A stretch of 64,000 nucleotides of DNA, from assembly GCA_033442325.1 (NCBI GenBank), contig JAWQFM010000017.1, positions 163,454 to 227,453 on the forward strand, given 5' to 3'. The notes beneath the pieces were generated by a model that saw only the letters and a list, made by a program, of their open reading frames with translations, made no database searches and had not been told where the DNA came from. This document shows positions 62,802 to 64,000 of the stretch, piece by piece. The stretch's first letter is position 1; each line of letters starts with the position of its first letter. The DNA comes from Salpingoeca rosetta. Its lineage: Eukaryota; Protista; Choanoflagellata. Position numbers and translations under genes: made by a program.

Positions 62802-62967
62802 TTGTTTTGCTGGTGTTGTGGTTGAAGGTTCATCAAGAGCCAGGGCAACCCCGGAAAGCTGGTCGTGCAACTTGCCGACAGCTACCATGGCTTCCCGCAA
62901 ATGGCCGAGCTGCTGCGTGTCTGGCTCGAAACCTCAGGTGAGAGAGACAGTGCACGCGCGCGCGCGC

Positions 62968-63028
<61 letters not shown>

Positions 63029-63327
63029 TGGACATATGCTCAGTACTGTTTCATGGTTTAGTGTGTGTGTGTGTGTGTGTGCTTGGACATATGCTCAGTA
63101 CTGTTTCATGGTTTAGTGTGATGGCCAGTTCACCGCACTTGTCAACCACTCGGTCATGAACATTTGGCTGCAGCACACAACATGTCTCGATGTCGCTCAC
63201 TGCCTCTCACTCGCATACACACACTCTCTCTCACACACTCTCTCACTCACTCACGCACTCACTCACTCTCTCTCTCACTCTCTCACTCGCATACACACAC
63301 ACACACACACACTCGCATACACACACG

Positions 63328-63414
<87 letters not shown>

Positions 63415-64000
63415 GGCATGCCGGAGGAGGAGATCAACGAGCTCATCAAGTCGCACGCCATCGCCTGGATCAAGCAGCGCTTCGACGCCCGCGTCGTCGA
63501 TGACATGATCACAAAGCGAAGACAGGTGCGTGTGTGTGTACTGTGAGTGCGTGTTGCTTGGATTGCATTCATGTGACGCATGCTTCCGACTCTAACGGCA
63601 CATCCCCCATGTCACACCTCACCCTCCGCATATCCCCGCTTTCCGCCCCACCCCCATGCCACCACCACCACTGGTGCAGGTGTCACGAAGCCTGTCATGG
63701 TTGAAATCACTCATGGATGGCCTGAGCGACAACGCGGACTGGCGGGCGCTCATCTTCTCGCTCTCGGAATCCGTGGACACAGAGACGTTCTTCCTCGACC
63801 TTGCCGTCAAGACCATGGTCGAGAAAGGTTCGATGCTGCTGGCGGTGGTGATGGTGGTGGTGATGGCATTTGTGGCATTGGTCCTGTGCACTCCTGTGCA
63901 CACGACGCGGTGGTGTGGTGTGGCATGCGAGACAATGGCATTAACACACCGGGGCACGCTACCTCGCTTCCACCACACACACACACACACATAAACACAC
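62108..64000 (+). CDS. NELFCD: Negative elongation factor C/D (TH1-like), partial, runs off the window
   Basis: M|DEEQ...[15 protein letters not shown]|[33 protein letters not shown]...[11 protein letters not shown]...WLKSLM...[10 protein letters not shown]...[13 protein letters not shown] follows the NELF-C/D N-terminal motifs in order. Confidence 0.85.

Noticed and set aside
63021-63120. Short direct duplication in a NELF-C/D intron (a similar one lies in the TXNDC17 intron)
   Set aside because: This is ordinary slippage between microsatellites, with no mobile element hallmarks.

Overview
This is an intron-rich, GC-rich eukaryotic window whose introns and intergenic DNA are packed with (CA)/(GT), (GTCT), (ACTC), (TATG) and (GTT) microsatellites. 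It has three 100-N assembly gaps. Gene content and repeat style suggest a choanoflagellate such as Salpingoeca rosetta (inference). By manually joining exons I can support 17 protein-coding genes, in order: TMEM179-like (-), CLIP3/4-like ankyrin/CAP-Gly (+), mitochondrial glutamate dehydrogenase (+), TDO2 (-), EMC10 (+), RRP36 (-), DR1/NC2-beta (+), Claspin-like (+), MUTYH (+), TXNDC17 (-), an intronless BTB-SPRY gene (+), a giant cadherin (+), CCT3 (-), PHB2 (+), HSPA13 (+), Derlin-2-like (-) and NELF-C/D (+, running off the end). Most ORFs in the supplied track are translations of microsatellites. The standout is the ~3,700-aa cadherin. Its architecture is signal peptide, a Calx-beta domain apparently split by a 7-repeat EAR/EPTP propeller, ~24 cadherin repeats, a Thr-rich stalk, two FN2 domains, a TM helix and a short tail ending in a PDZ-binding motif (ESQV). 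This combines modules that animals distribute among Usher/stereocilia link proteins. Other notable items are an E2F plus CHR (DREAM-like) motif cluster upstream of Claspin, a stop-free 3n GC-AG intron in TDO2, a duplicated PHB2 exon, six tight head-to-head gene pairs, and introns with complementary GT and CA ends. All family assignments come from recognising motifs by eye, not from database searches.
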